Origin: an uncultured Clostridia bacterium
Lineage (GTDB): Bacteria; Bacillota; Clostridia; TANB77; CAG-508
DNA length: 64,000 bases
Reading direction: 5' to 3'
Assembly: GCA_944393505.1 (NCBI GenBank)
Contig: CALYAK010000001.1
Location: 58,775 to 122,774 of the forward strand
The notes under the pieces are model-generated. The model was not told the DNA's origin and did no database searches. It saw nothing but the letters and a program-made list of their open reading frames with translations. Shown here piece by piece: positions 43,201-52,862 of this stretch (position 1 is its first letter; every line of letters begins with the position of its first letter). The translations under genes and the position numbers were made by a program.

Positions 43201-44546
43201 CAACCAGAAGAGCATGCTTCGTTTAACATGATATTATCAATGGAACCATTTTTCATGCGGATATATTTCATATCCTGTCCACCAATATCTACGATACTTG
43301 TTACCTCTGGTAAAAATTCTTTTGCTGCCGTATAGTGAGCAATTGTCTCAATTTCATTTAGATCTACATTTAAAGCTGTTTGAATTAGTTTTTCTCCATA
43401 TCCTGTAACCCCGCTATAACGAATAATTACACCATCTGGAAGATCGGAATAGAAAGTTTTAAGCATTTTAATAACGCTTTGTAATGGATTTCCCTCATTA
43501 CTTCCATAAAGAGAGTAAAGTAATTCATTATCTTCTCCAATTGCTACTAACTTAGTTGTAGTTGAACCGGCGTCAATTCCAACGTAACAATTTCCTTTAT
43601 AGGTTTTCAAATCTCCTTTTTTTACTTTATCCTTCTCGTGACGTTCTTTAAACTCTTCATATTCTGCGTCAATTGAAAAAAGTGGATTTAAAGGATTGGA
43701 TGTATCATCTCGATAATTTTTTAATAGTTCTAATTTTGCTTTTAATTTTTCAACAGAAATAGGGTTGGATTCGATTGAGTTTAAAGCTGCACCTTTTGCT
43801 ACTAATAAATGAGCTTCTTCTGGAACAATAATTTGATCACCTTTTAAAGATAAAGTTTCAATAAAACGTTCGCGTAATTCAGATAGATAATTTAAAGGTC
43901 CTCCTAAAAAGGCAACATTTCCTCGAATTGGTCTACCACAAGCTAATCCACTAATTGTTTGATTAACAACAGCTTGAAAAATAGAAGCTGCAATATCTTC
44001 TTTGGCTGCTCCTTCGTTTAGCAAAGGTTGAATATCTGTTTTGGCAAAAACACCGCAACGAGAAGCAATTGGATAAATCATCTGATGTTTTTTGGCTAAT
44101 TCGTTTAAACCAATAGCATCTGTGTGTAATAGAGATGCCATTTGGTCAATAAAAGCACCTGTTCCGCCGGCACAAGTACCATTCATACGTTGTTCAATAA
44201 ACTGATCAAAATAGATGATTTTGGCATCTTCACCGCCAAGTTCGATAACGACGTCTGTTTGCGGAATATATTTTTCAACAGCTCTTTTACAAGAAACAAC
44301 TTCTTGAATAAAAGAAAATCCTAAAAATTTAGCCGTTGACATTGCTCCAGAACCGGTTAAGGCAATTGTATAATCAAAATCTGGATATTGAATGGTTAAA
44401 TTTTCAAGAACTTTATAAACCGTATTTTTGGTATCGGAAAAATGTCTTTGATAATCTTGATAAATGGTATTTAAGTTGCTATCCATTACAATGATTTTTA
44501 CGGTTGTAGAACCAACGTCTAGTCCTACATGTAAAACTTGATTCAT
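40221..44546 (-). CDS. Fused CoA-substrate-specific enzyme activase (two BadF/BadG/BcrA/BcrD-type ATPase modules) plus 2-hydroxyacyl-CoA dehydratase-like domains
   Basis: 1441 aa. Two actin-fold ATPase units (LHVGLDVGSTTVKIIV; CYVGIDAGSTTTKLVA). Cys-rich [4Fe-4S] cluster region (CNKCENHC). HgdB/HgdD-like C-terminal half. Confidence 0.75.
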   Translation of the reverse strand: MNQVLHVGLDVGSTTVKIIVMDSNLNTIYQDYQRHFSDTKNTVYKVLENLTIQYPDFDYTIALTGSGAMSTAKFLGFSFIQEVVSCKRAVEKYIPQTDVVIELGGEDAKIIYFDQFIEQRMNGTCAGGTGAFIDQMASLLHTDAIGLNELAKKHQMIYPIASRCGVFAKTDIQPLLNEGAAKEDIAASIFQAVVNQTISGLACGRPIRGNVAFLGGPLNYLSELRERFIETLSLKGDQIIVPEEAHLLVAKGAALNSIESNPISVEKLKAKLELLKNYRDDTSNPLNPLFSIDAEYEEFKERHEKDKVKKGDLKTYKGNCYVGIDAGSTTTKLVAIGEDNELLYSLYGSNEGNPLQSVIKMLKTFYSDLPDGVIIRYSGVTGYGEKLIQTALNVDLNEIETIAHYTAAKEFLPEVTSIVDIGGQDMKYIRMKNGSIDNIMLNEACSSGCGSFIETFAKSLNLTLPEFVQAAIESRQPVDLGSRCTVFMNSKIKQAQKEGYSVGDISAGLSYSVIKNAIQKVMKVRDVSTLGDHIVVQGGTFYNDAVLRAFELIVGKKVIRPDIAGLMGAYGVALLAKEQYQANLDMTYTSTLTKSEDLDHLEITTSHVRCNKCENHCLLTINRFSNRQTHISGNRCEKGAGIVTGKSELPNLIKYKYERVFGYKPLLAEHAPRGTIGIPRVLNMYEDYPFWFTFLTNLGFRVVISEKSTRSTYEKGIESMPSESVCFPAKLSHGHIISLLNQGIKRIFYPCIPYSRKEYKSADNHYNCPIVISYSEVLKNNIEELKDPSVQFLNPFLPFEKKALVETMLELPEFKQFHFSKKELEMAATLAEKEYQQCKKNIHDEGQKALEYIEKHHTKGIVLAGRPYHVDPEVNHGIDTLITSLGLCVLTEDSISDKAEAKRPLRVVDQWVYHARLYAAAEFVGHHPNLELVQLNSFGCGVDAVTTDQVEEILSSYGKMYTLIKIDEINNLGAVRIRIRSLLASMNKRERERKELDSATGDYRVNKKIFTKEMRPDYTILIPQMAPIHFELLESAVRASGYKVELLRECTEHTVETGLKYVNNDACYPSILVTGQMIEALQSGKYDLNKTALIMSQTGGGCRATNYIGFIRKALKDAGYPNIPVISFNVVGMEKMPGFKITPKLVERLLKMVVYGDLLQKLLTKNRAYEVNKGETQALFDQWMEKCKKYLEKSTYQEFKDSIYEMVNDFEKIPLDTSIEKPKVGIVGEVLIKYHPFGNNFVADKLEEEGAEVILPDFMGFIKFIATHKVTFNTLIKTDKVKSKIFKTAINLIDILEKDAVAALKSSKKGYLLSCNIWELEKKVQDILSIGNQTGEGWFLTAEMIEYIEHGIPNIICVQPFACLPNHVVGKGVIKTIRSKYPEANISPIDYDPGASEANQTNRIKLLMTVAKDNLKLRQQEREKLYKENQTTSSSDVKIEK

Positions 44547-44721
44547 ATATATACCTCCTTAAACTAGGCTTTTAATATTCATACAATATAGTCAATTGTA
44601 CCTTGAAAATATTGATTTGTCAAATAAAAAGGCACTTTTCTAATGAGATAAAAAAGAAAAGGTTCTAAAAAATACTTGTCTAAAATATATTGAAACAAAA
44701 CAAGAAAAGGAGTGAAGAAAA

Positions 44722-45271
44722 ATGAGAAAAAAACAGATATTATTAATTCGGTTTTTTAATAATAGTCATAATCTTATTTGGAGTATTTTATTTTCTAAAA
44801 AATAAAACAGATAATAAAATAGTCGAATACATACCTCAAGAAGAGATTTCAGAGGAACAAGAAAGAATGACAATTGTTTCGCTATATTATTTAGACGAAA
44901 AAGCACAAACTTTGAAAAAAGAGGATCATTTAATTGATGTAAAATCATTGGTTAATAATCCATATGAAACAATATTTAATTTATTAAAAGAAAAACCGAA
45001 ATCAGAAGAATTGAAGAGTGCAATACCAGAAGGAACTGTTTTTCAAAAAGCAGAAATTAAAAATGGAATATTATATTTAGATCTATCAAAAGAGTTTATT
45101 CAAAATCATCCTGGAGGGAAAAACGAAGAATTACAAACGATTTATTCAATTGTTAATACAATGACAGAATTAATAGAGGTAGAGGGGGTAAAAATTCTAA
45201 TTGACGGAGAAGAAAATTTAAAATTTTCAGATGGACAAATCAATTTTACAGAGGCATTTTTTAAAATATAA
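44722..45271 (+). CDS. GerMN-domain (GerM-like) sporulation/germination lipoprotein candidate, N-terminal signal region disrupted by a frameshift at a T6 run (44752-44757)
   Basis: ATG 44722 gives MRKKQILLI... then a stop. The +1 frame continues FLIIVIILFGVFYFLKNK... into the 134-aa ORF listed from 44867. GerMN domain (YETIFNLL...GTVF...LYLDLSKEF). Confidence 0.5.
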
Positions 45272-46834
45272 TAATTTAAAAAATAAAATATTAAATTAAA
45301 TATTAAAAATAAAACATTAAAATTAAATAAATAACAAAAAATTGGAATATAGAAAATTAAAATAAAAAATAATGAAAAAATAAAAAAGAAATAATGAAAA
45401 ATAAAACAAACTGTATTAAAATAAAAAATAAATTAGAATTAAAAATAAAAAAATATTTGATTAAAAATAAAAAATCAATAATAATCCATTTAAAAAAGGA
45501 AAAAGATAGGATCAAAAAAAGTAACAGAATTAGAAGAAACAGGGTTACATAAGACCAAAAAAATAAAAGAAAAGTCAAATAGAAAAAAGAGAGTAAAAGG
45601 ATAAAGAAAGATAGCCTCAAAACAAAAAAACAAAGGAAAAAGTTGGAAAAAAGAAAAGATAAAAAAATAGGGATAAAAATAGGGATTTCTAAGGTTGAGG
45701 GACTTAATAATCAAAAGAAAAAGAGAGAAGAAAGAGAAAGACTGGTTAGCCAAAAAGTATCAAAAGAAAAGACAGTTTGACAAAAAAACAAGAGAAAAAC
45801 AAACTAAAGAATAGCAACAAGAGAAAACAGAAAAAGCTTAGGCTACTTATCGGAAAAATATGGAAAGATAAAAAAGAGAGAAAAATTAAAACAAAAAGAA
45901 ATAAAATAAATTAAAAAAATAAAATAATCTCTTTGATAAAAAATAAAAGTCCAATAAAATAAAAATAATAAATAATAAAACGGAATAAAATTTTAAAAAA
46001 TAAAAAATAGAAAAAAGAAATGATTCAAAAAAGAAATTAATTAAAATAAATGAGCAAAAATTTAAATAAAAAAGAAATAAAAAAATAATTATTAAAAAAT
46101 AAATAATAAAAAATGGATAGAAAAATAGATAGAAAAATAAAAACTAATTAATCGAAAAAAGATAAGTTATAAAGATTTACATAAAAAACAAAGAATAGAA
46201 AGAAAAATTATTAAGGTGTAATTCAACTTTTTTATCATAAAAAGGAAAGATTTAAGAAGGAAGAAAAAAGAGCTTTCTTCTTTTTCTTTATAGAGAGAAA
46301 GAAAAAGAAGAAAAGATCAATTTTAAAGAAAAAGGTAATCGAGAAAAAGTAAAAAATTGCTAGGGAAAACTGGGGAGGAGAACGAATTAAAAATGGATTA
46401 TGAAAAGAGAAAGAGGTAAGTCTTAGAAAAAGAAAAGTTTAAAAAAATGGACTAGAACATCAAAAAGACAACCAAAAACAGAACAAGAAAAGATCCAAAA
46501 ATTACCAATAGAAAAAGAAAGAAAAATAAGAAAACATAGTATACATAAAAACAAAAAAGTAAAAGAGAAAATCTTTTACTTTTTTATTATTTTATAAATT
46601 TTATGTGCTTTTAAAAAACAGGAAAAGCGATTTAAAAAACATTCTACTTCAAATAAAGAATTTAATAATTGATTTTTTTTATTTCCAATATTATTGGAGG
46701 AAATTATTTCGAAATTTTTTGGTCGATTACAATTCATAAAATCACCTACTTATTGTAAGAATTGAAAAGAGAGGAAAAATACGATATAATATAATATATG
46801 TAAAATAAAGAGAAAAGTTAAAAAGGATCTAAAT
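45272..46834 (+). repeat. About 1.56-kb gene-free, extremely A-rich polypurine (A/G on the plus strand) low-complexity tract
   Basis: No ORF of 60 aa or more on the plus strand. Minus-strand ORFs are Phe/Leu homopolymer artefacts. AAAATAAA-type motifs dominate and the strand purine bias is strong. Confidence 0.8.
46763..46791 (+). promoter_or_regulatory. Sigma-A-type promoter TTGAAA-17-TATAAT upstream of the methyltransferase-rsmI operon
   Basis: TTGAAA 46763-46768, TATAAT 46786-46791. Confidence 0.4.
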
Positions 46835-47575
46835 ATGGAAATAAAAGAGGAAGAAAGAATTGATGATTTACAAATAGGAAATTTAAAATTAATTCAAAAC
46901 AAAGAATGGTTTTGTTTTGGCATAGATAGTATTTTATTATCCAATTTTGCAAAGGAAATCAAAAAAGACGAAAGAATCATCGATTTAGGATGTGGAAATG
47001 GGATATTAGAATTATTATTTGCAAAGAAGAGTAAGGCAAGAGAAATAATTGGAATAGAAGTACAAGAAGATGTTTATCAATTAGCAAAAAGAAATGTAGA
47101 AATGAATCATTTGCAAAAAAAGATTAAGATGATTCATGCAAATGTAAAAAATTTAAATGATACTTTTCCATCAGATTCTTTTGATGCAGTTATTTCTAAT
47201 CCACCATATATGAAAAAAGATACAGGAAAAATGAACGAAAAGCCACAGAAATTAATAGCAAGACACGAAATTGAAGCAAATTTAGATGATTTTATAAAAA
47301 TTAGTTTCTATTTATTAAAAGATAAAAGACCGTTATACATGATTTATCGTACAGAAAGACTTACGGATATGATGGAAATTTTACGAAAATATAAAATAGA
47401 ACCAAAAGAAATTCAATTTATTCATGCAAAAATGGGAAATCCACCAGAATTGTTTTTAATAAAAGCAGTAAAAAATGGAAAACCATATTTAAAAGTAAAA
47501 AGACCTTTAATTATTTACCAAGAAAATGGTGATTACACAGAAGAAATTTTAAAAATTTATGGAAAGGTAAAATAA
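46835..47575 (+). CDS. SAM-dependent methyltransferase, YfiC/TrmN6-like (tRNA m6A37) family
   Basis: DLGCGNG SAM motif and NPPY catalytic motif. Confidence 0.6.
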   Translation: MEIKEEERIDDLQIGNLKLIQNKEWFCFGIDSILLSNFAKEIKKDERIIDLGCGNGILELLFAKKSKAREIIGIEVQEDVYQLAKRNVEMNHLQKKIKMIHANVKNLNDTFPSDSFDAVISNPPYMKKDTGKMNEKPQKLIARHEIEANLDDFIKISFYLLKDKRPLYMIYRTERLTDMMEILRKYKIEPKEIQFIHAKMGNPPELFLIKAVKNGKPYLKVKRPLIIYQENGDYTEEILKIYGKVK

Positions 47576-47576
47576 A

Positions 47577-48398
47577 ATGAACGGAAAAATCTATTTAGTA
47601 GCAACCCCAATTGGAAATTTGGAGGATATGACATTACGAGCAATAAAAACTCTTAAAGAAGTGGATGTAATTGCAGCAGAAGATACTAGACACACATTAA
47701 AATTATTAAACCATTTTGAAATAAAAAAGCCTTTAATTAGTTATCATAGACATAATGAAGAAACAAAATCAGATACCATATTAGAAATAGTAAAACAGGG
47801 AAAAAATGTAGCCATTGTAAGTGATGCAGGAACTCCAGGTATTTCCGATCCTGGAGAAGAAATTGTAAAAGCAGCCATTGATAATAAAATTGAAATTATT
47901 CCAATACCAGGAGCTTGTGCTTTTATTAATGCATTAATTATTTCTGGATTAGATACAAAGGAATTTGCTTTTTTTGGTTTTTTATCAATTTATCGAAAAA
48001 TAAAGGAAAAACAATTAGAAAAAATTAAAAAAGAAACAAAAACTACCATTTTATATGAAGCTCCTCATAAATTACAAAAAACACTAAAAGACCTTCAAGA
48101 AGTTCTTGGAGATGCTCCGATTGTTGTAGTAAAAGAATTGACGAAAATTCATGAAAAAACTTATCGAGGAAAAATATCGGAAGTTATGAAAGAAATTGGA
48201 GAAGAACCAAAAGGAGAATTTGTTTTATTAATTCCTCAGCAGAAACATGAGGAAGAATTAAAGGAATGGGAAACTTTATCAATAGAAGAACATTATCAAT
48301 ATTATCAAAAAAAGGGACTAGAAAAAAAAGCAATTATTAAACAAATTGCGAAGGACCGAAAGCTAAGTCGAAATGAAGTATATCAACACTTTCTTTAA
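47577..48398 (+). CDS. rsmI: 16S rRNA (cytidine1402-2'-O)-methyltransferase RsmI
   Basis: Tetrapyrrole-methylase fold. LVATPIGNLEDMTLRA N-terminus. DAGTPGISDPG. Confidence 0.85.
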   Translation: MNGKIYLVATPIGNLEDMTLRAIKTLKEVDVIAAEDTRHTLKLLNHFEIKKPLISYHRHNEETKSDTILEIVKQGKNVAIVSDAGTPGISDPGEEIVKAAIDNKIEIIPIPGACAFINALIISGLDTKEFAFFGFLSIYRKIKEKQLEKIKKETKTTILYEAPHKLQKTLKDLQEVLGDAPIVVVKELTKIHEKTYRGKISEVMKEIGEEPKGEFVLLIPQQKHEEELKEWETLSIEEHYQYYQKKGLEKKAIIKQIAKDRKLSRNEVYQHFL

Positions 48399-48467
48399 GA
48401 AAAAGAGAAAAGGAATTTATTTAAAGTTGTAAAAACATATTTATAACTTTAAACGAATTCCTTTTTT

Positions 48468-48728
48468 TTATTTTTCCTCAATTAAATCTATTTCAGTTAA
48501 TTGTTTTAAACATTTGTTACAAATTAATTTACTTTTGTATTCTGAAAGATTTTTTGTGTTTCCACAGAAAACACAACTCTCTTCATATTTCTTTAGAATG
48601 ATAGAAGAGCCATCTACGTATATTTCTATTGGATCTTTTTCTGCTATTCCAAATTTGTTACGCATTTCAATTGGAATAACAACTCTTCCTAATTCGTCTA
48701 CTCTTCTTATGATACCTGTAGATTTCAT
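48468..48728 (-). CDS. abrB: AbrB-family transition-state regulator with C-terminal Cys4 (CxxC...CxxC) tail
   Basis: MKSTGIIRRVDELGRVVIPIEMR swapped-hairpin N-domain. Start at ATG 48728 with GGAGGA SD. The ORF-track extension to 48800 is unlikely. Confidence 0.75.
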   Translation of the reverse strand: MKSTGIIRRVDELGRVVIPIEMRNKFGIAEKDPIEIYVDGSSIILKKYEESCVFCGNTKNLSEYKSKLICNKCLKQLTEIDLIEEK

Positions 48729-48894
48729 AAATATATCCTCCTCAGAATCATTGATTAATTTATGCTGCCTATGGTTAATATCATAACATAATTTTATCAA
48801 AAAGGCAATAGAAATTAGCAGAATTTTCCTTTTTTAGACAATTTTTGTAAGTCATAAACTTTCGGATAAAGCATAAAATTTATGAGGTGATAAA

Positions 48895-49494
48895 ATGTTA
48901 AACTTATTATGGCCAATTTTTTTAATTGTATCAATTATTTATGCAATCGCAACGGGAAAAGCAGAACAACTAAATAGTGGAATTTTTGATGCGGTGAAAG
49001 ACGCTGTAGATTTATCAATTACATTCCTGGGAACGATGTGTTTATGGAATGGTATTATGAAGATTGTACAAGAAACCAGTTTGATGAATAAATTAGTAAA
49101 ATTTATCGAACCATTCATGCGTTTTTTATTCCCAAAATTAAAAGGAAATAAAAGAGCTTACCAAGAGATATCTCTAAATATGGTAGCCAATATTATGGGG
49201 TTAGGGAATGCGGCAACGCCACTGGGAATTAAAGCAATGACTACAATGCAAAAAGATAATCCCAAAAAAGATACTTTAACAGATTCTATGATCATGTTTA
49301 TATTAATTAATACAGCTTCTCTACAATTAATACCAACAAATGTTATTGCAATTCGAATGTCTTTAGGATCAGAAAATTCAGCAGGAATTATCGTTCCTGT
49401 ATGGATTGCTACAGTAGCAGCAGCTTTTGCAGGAATTATGGCCACCAAATTTGCTATTCATAAATGGGGGGAAGGAAAGGATCGAAAATGGTAA
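48895..49494 (+). CDS. spmA: Spore maturation protein A (nucleoside-recognition-domain membrane protein)
   Basis: 199-aa polytopic membrane protein. Conserved spmA-spmB pair. Confidence 0.8.
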   Translation: MLNLLWPIFLIVSIIYAIATGKAEQLNSGIFDAVKDAVDLSITFLGTMCLWNGIMKIVQETSLMNKLVKFIEPFMRFLFPKLKGNKRAYQEISLNMVANIMGLGNAATPLGIKAMTTMQKDNPKKDTLTDSMIMFILINTASLQLIPTNVIAIRMSLGSENSAGIIVPVWIATVAAAFAGIMATKFAIHKWGEGKDRKW

Positions 49495-50006
49495 ATTATA
49501 TTTCAAATGCTGCTATGCCAATCATTATTTTACTCATTGTAGGTTATGGGTTAAAAGAGAAAATTAAAGTTTATGATACTTTTCTAGATGGAGCAAAAGA
49601 AGGATTAGAAATGGTATTCCGTCTGTTACCAACTTTAATTGGAATTTTTATGGCAATTGGGGCATTAAGAAGTTCAGGAATTTTAGATTTAATTGTGAAA
49701 ATCATTAGTCCGATTTGTATTTTTTTTGATCTCCCGAGTCAAATTATGCCATTGGCCTTAATTAGACCAATATCTGGAAGTGCATCGATGGCAGTTGCTG
49801 TTGATATTATGCAAGAATTTGGAGTTGATAGTACAATTGGAATGATTGCATCAACCATTATGGGTTCAACCGAAACAACACTTTATACAATTGCTGTTTA
49901 TACGGGTTGCGTGGGAATAAAAAAAATAAGGTTTGCACTAGCTACAGCATTGATTGCTGATTTTGTTGGAATGCTAACCTCAATAATTATTTGTAAAATA
50001 TTGTAA
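49464..50006 (+). CDS. spmB: Spore maturation protein B
   Basis: 180-aa membrane protein directly after spmA. Confidence 0.8.
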   Translation: MGGRKGSKMVNYISNAAMPIIILLIVGYGLKEKIKVYDTFLDGAKEGLEMVFRLLPTLIGIFMAIGALRSSGILDLIVKIISPICIFFDLPSQIMPLALIRPISGSASMAVAVDIMQEFGVDSTIGMIASTIMGSTETTLYTIAVYTGCVGIKKIRFALATALIADFVGMLTSIIICKIL

Positions 50007-50185
50007 AAATGTATTGACAAAAAATGGAAAAAGAGATAAACTGTCATCAAGCTAAGAGATAAAAGATTTTAATTTTGTAGAGGGAGTTAATTCCACGATA
50101 GTCCTCAAGAAGTGGTGTGCCCCCTAAATAACACCATAATTTTGTTTTCGGAAACTCACCTCTACATTTTAATATATCCAATATT

Positions 50186-50668
50186 TTAACGATGATATGT
50201 CTCGTGGTTTAGAATTTTAAAAGAACGAAAGAGTTGTTCTAAAAGAAAAACACGAATTAATTGATGCGGAAAAGTCATTTTAGAAAAACAAATTCGCTTA
50301 TCTGCAGAATGTAAAACTTCTTCCGATAATCCAAGAGAACCACCAATTACAAAAGTAATATGACTATTGGATTGTAGAGATATATTTTCTATCTCTTTCG
50401 CAAATTCCTCTGATGTAAACTGATGTCCTTTTAAGTCTAATACAAAAAGATAACTAGATTTTTTACAGAACTTTAAAATTTTTTTTCCTTCTTTATTTTT
50501 GATATCTTCTATTATAATTTGATTCAATTTTTCAGGAATCGGTTCGTCAGAAATTTCTATTATTGATAAAGTGCAATATTTGGATAATCGTTTCGAATAT
50601 TCAGAAATTGCACTTTTTAAATAAGATTCTTTTAATTTTCCAACACAAATTAGATCAATATGTAACAT
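50186..50668 (-). CDS. rlmH: 23S rRNA (pseudouridine1915-N3)-methyltransferase RlmH (SPOUT)
   Basis: MLHIDLICVGKLKE start. SPOUT knot region. Confidence 0.8.
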   Translation of the reverse strand: MLHIDLICVGKLKESYLKSAISEYSKRLSKYCTLSIIEISDEPIPEKLNQIIIEDIKNKEGKKILKFCKKSSYLFVLDLKGHQFTSEEFAKEIENISLQSNSHITFVIGGSLGLSEEVLHSADKRICFSKMTFPHQLIRVFLLEQLFRSFKILNHETYHR

Positions 50669-50673
50669 AAAAT

Positions 50674-51465
50674 TTACCCCAAATGAATGATTTTGCTGCA
50701 TGTATCACGCAAAGCTACTGAAAGATTTACTTTTGTTTCATCACAATGATTTTCTAATAAAGTATCGACTACTGTTTTATAGGCTAATTCAGGAAAGTTA
50801 TTTTCTTTGCTTAGATGACCAAGCATTGCTGTTTGTAGCCCATGTTCCGATAAATAAGAAATTGTTTTTCCAGCCAGTTCGTTTGATAAATGACCAATTG
50901 GACTATCAATACGTTTTTTTAATTGGTATGGATAGCGTGAACATTTAAGAATGTTGGGATCATAATTTGCCTCTAAAAGAAGAAAAATACTTTCTTCTAA
51001 GTGAGCTAAAGTTTCTTTTGAAATATGACCTAAATCTGTTGCAATACTAATTTTTTGGTTTCCACAAATGATATTAAATCCACAAGGATTTGCGGCATCG
51101 TGTGGAATTTGAAATGGTAGGATTGATAAATCTTCAATCTTAATTTCCTTGTTTGGTTGATAAAGATACTGTTGCTCTTTTGGGATTTTTTCAGCTTGAC
51201 TTGGCATAGCATTCCACGTCTCACGATTAGCAAAAACTGGAATGTGATATTTCATTGCTAAAGTTGACAATCCCTTTGTGTGGTCCGTGTGTTCATGCGT
51301 AACCAAAATAGCGTTAAGATCTCTTACATCAACATCAATATGAGAAAGCGATTCTGTAATTTTTTTAGCACTTTCTCCTGCATCAACTAATATTTTTGCA
51401 TTAGAAGTTTGGACAAACAAACTATTACCAGAACTTCCACTATATAAACTACAAAAATTAAACAT
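50674..51465 (-). CDS. MBL-fold metallo-hydrolase (YycJ/WalJ-like)
   Basis: HEHTDHTKG metal-binding motif. 263 aa. Confidence 0.7.
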   Translation of the reverse strand: MFNFCSLYSGSSGNSLFVQTSNAKILVDAGESAKKITESLSHIDVDVRDLNAILVTHEHTDHTKGLSTLAMKYHIPVFANRETWNAMPSQAEKIPKEQQYLYQPNKEIKIEDLSILPFQIPHDAANPCGFNIICGNQKISIATDLGHISKETLAHLEESIFLLLEANYDPNILKCSRYPYQLKKRIDSPIGHLSNELAGKTISYLSEHGLQTAMLGHLSKENNFPELAYKTVVDTLLENHCDETKVNLSVALRDTCSKIIHLG

Positions 51466-51474
51466 ATTTTCCTC

Positions 51475-52734
51475 TTATTCTGTAACCCTTTGTATATTTG
51501 CTCCGATTTTTCGGAATTTTTCTTCAATGTTTTCATAACCACGATCGATATGATTCAAATTATATAACTCAGTGGTACCACTAGCAACGATTCCGGCAAT
51601 TAATAATGCGGCACCTGCTCTTAAATCTGTTGCATAAACAGGAGCACCGGATAATGTTTTAACTCCTTCGAAAACTGCAGTTTTTCCATGAGCACTAATT
51701 TTAGCCCCCATTTTATTTAATTCACTTGTATATTGAAATCTTGATTCCCAAATGCTTTCTGTAATGTAACTAGTACCGTCTGCGATTGCTAAAGCTACTC
51801 CAATTTGTGGTTGTAAATCTGTTGGAAATCCTGGATAAGGAAGTGTTTTTATATTTGCCTTTTGAGGTCTTTTATTGATCCAAACTCTCAAGGAATCTCC
51901 GTCTCCTTCAATATTTCCTCCCATTTCTAAGATTTTAGCAGAAACACAGTCTAAATGCTCCGTTACACAGTTTTTAATGAGTATATCTCCTTTTGTAGCA
52001 ATTGCAGCAAGCATAAAAGTTCCAGCTTCAATTTGATCGGGAACAACAGAATAAGTTGTATTTCCCTTCAATTTTTTAACACCATTAATTTTAATAACAT
52101 CTGTACCAGCTCCACGAATATCTGCTCCCATTGTATTTAAAAAGTTAGCTACGTCGACGATATGTGGTTCCTTTGCAGCATTTTCGATAATCGTTGTTCC
52201 TTCTGCTAAAGTAGCAGCAAGCATAATATTGATGGTTGCACCTACTGATACAACATCCATGTAAACCGATGTACCTACTAATTTTTTCGCTTTTGCTGTA
52301 ATTTTTCCTTGTGATACATCAACTTTTGCACCAAGTGCTTCGAGACCTTTAATATGTTGATCAATCGGTCTTGCTCCTAAATTACAACCACCTGGTAAGC
52401 CAACTTGTGCATCTTTACAACGCCCAATTAAAGAGCCCAAAAGATAATAGGATGCACGAAACTTACTTGTCATATCTAAAGGAGCTCTCGAACAACTAAT
52501 ATCTCGAGTATCAATTTCGATTTCATGTTCAGAGATCCAAGTTATTTTGGCACCAAGTGTTTGTAAAATATCACATGAAATTTTAACATCGCTAATATTT
52601 GGTAAATTATCAATGGTACAAACACCATCAATTAATAGAGTTGCAGGTAAAATTGCAACTGCAGCATTTTTTGCTCCACTTATTGTTACTTCTCCAGTTA
52701 ATCTGGTTCCTCCATTTATGACTAATTTTTCCAA
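51475..52734 (-). CDS. murA: UDP-N-acetylglucosamine 1-carboxyvinyltransferase MurA
   Basis: Probable TTG start (MEKLVINGG...) after a gggggt SD. EPT-fold motifs. Confidence 0.9.
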   Translation of the reverse strand: MEKLVINGGTRLTGEVTISGAKNAAVAILPATLLIDGVCTIDNLPNISDVKISCDILQTLGAKITWISEHEIEIDTRDISCSRAPLDMTSKFRASYYLLGSLIGRCKDAQVGLPGGCNLGARPIDQHIKGLEALGAKVDVSQGKITAKAKKLVGTSVYMDVVSVGATINIMLAATLAEGTTIIENAAKEPHIVDVANFLNTMGADIRGAGTDVIKINGVKKLKGNTTYSVVPDQIEAGTFMLAAIATKGDILIKNCVTEHLDCVSAKILEMGGNIEGDGDSLRVWINKRPQKANIKTLPYPGFPTDLQPQIGVALAIADGTSYITESIWESRFQYTSELNKMGAKISAHGKTAVFEGVKTLSGAPVYATDLRAGAALLIAGIVASGTTELYNLNHIDRGYENIEEKFRKIGANIQRVTE

Positions 52735-52862
52735 ATTTATACCCCCAAAATTATACCAGGTCAAAATAAAAGAAACGAGACTGGTATAATTAAAACTATT
52801 CTACCTAAAGTATATACCATAAAAAAATAGAATTTACAAGGCTAAAATCGGTAAAAGCAAAC

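Noticed and set aside
40221-44546. 1441-aa fused activase/dehydratase as a possible novel fusion
   Set aside because: Large fused CoA-substrate-specific enzyme activase proteins of this layout are a well-known widespread family in anaerobic Firmicutes. Not novel.
45357-45753. Two overlapping minus-strand 87-aa ORFs inside the A-rich tract
   Set aside because: Translations are Phe/Leu low-complexity strings produced by poly-T on the minus strand. No SD, no domain signal.
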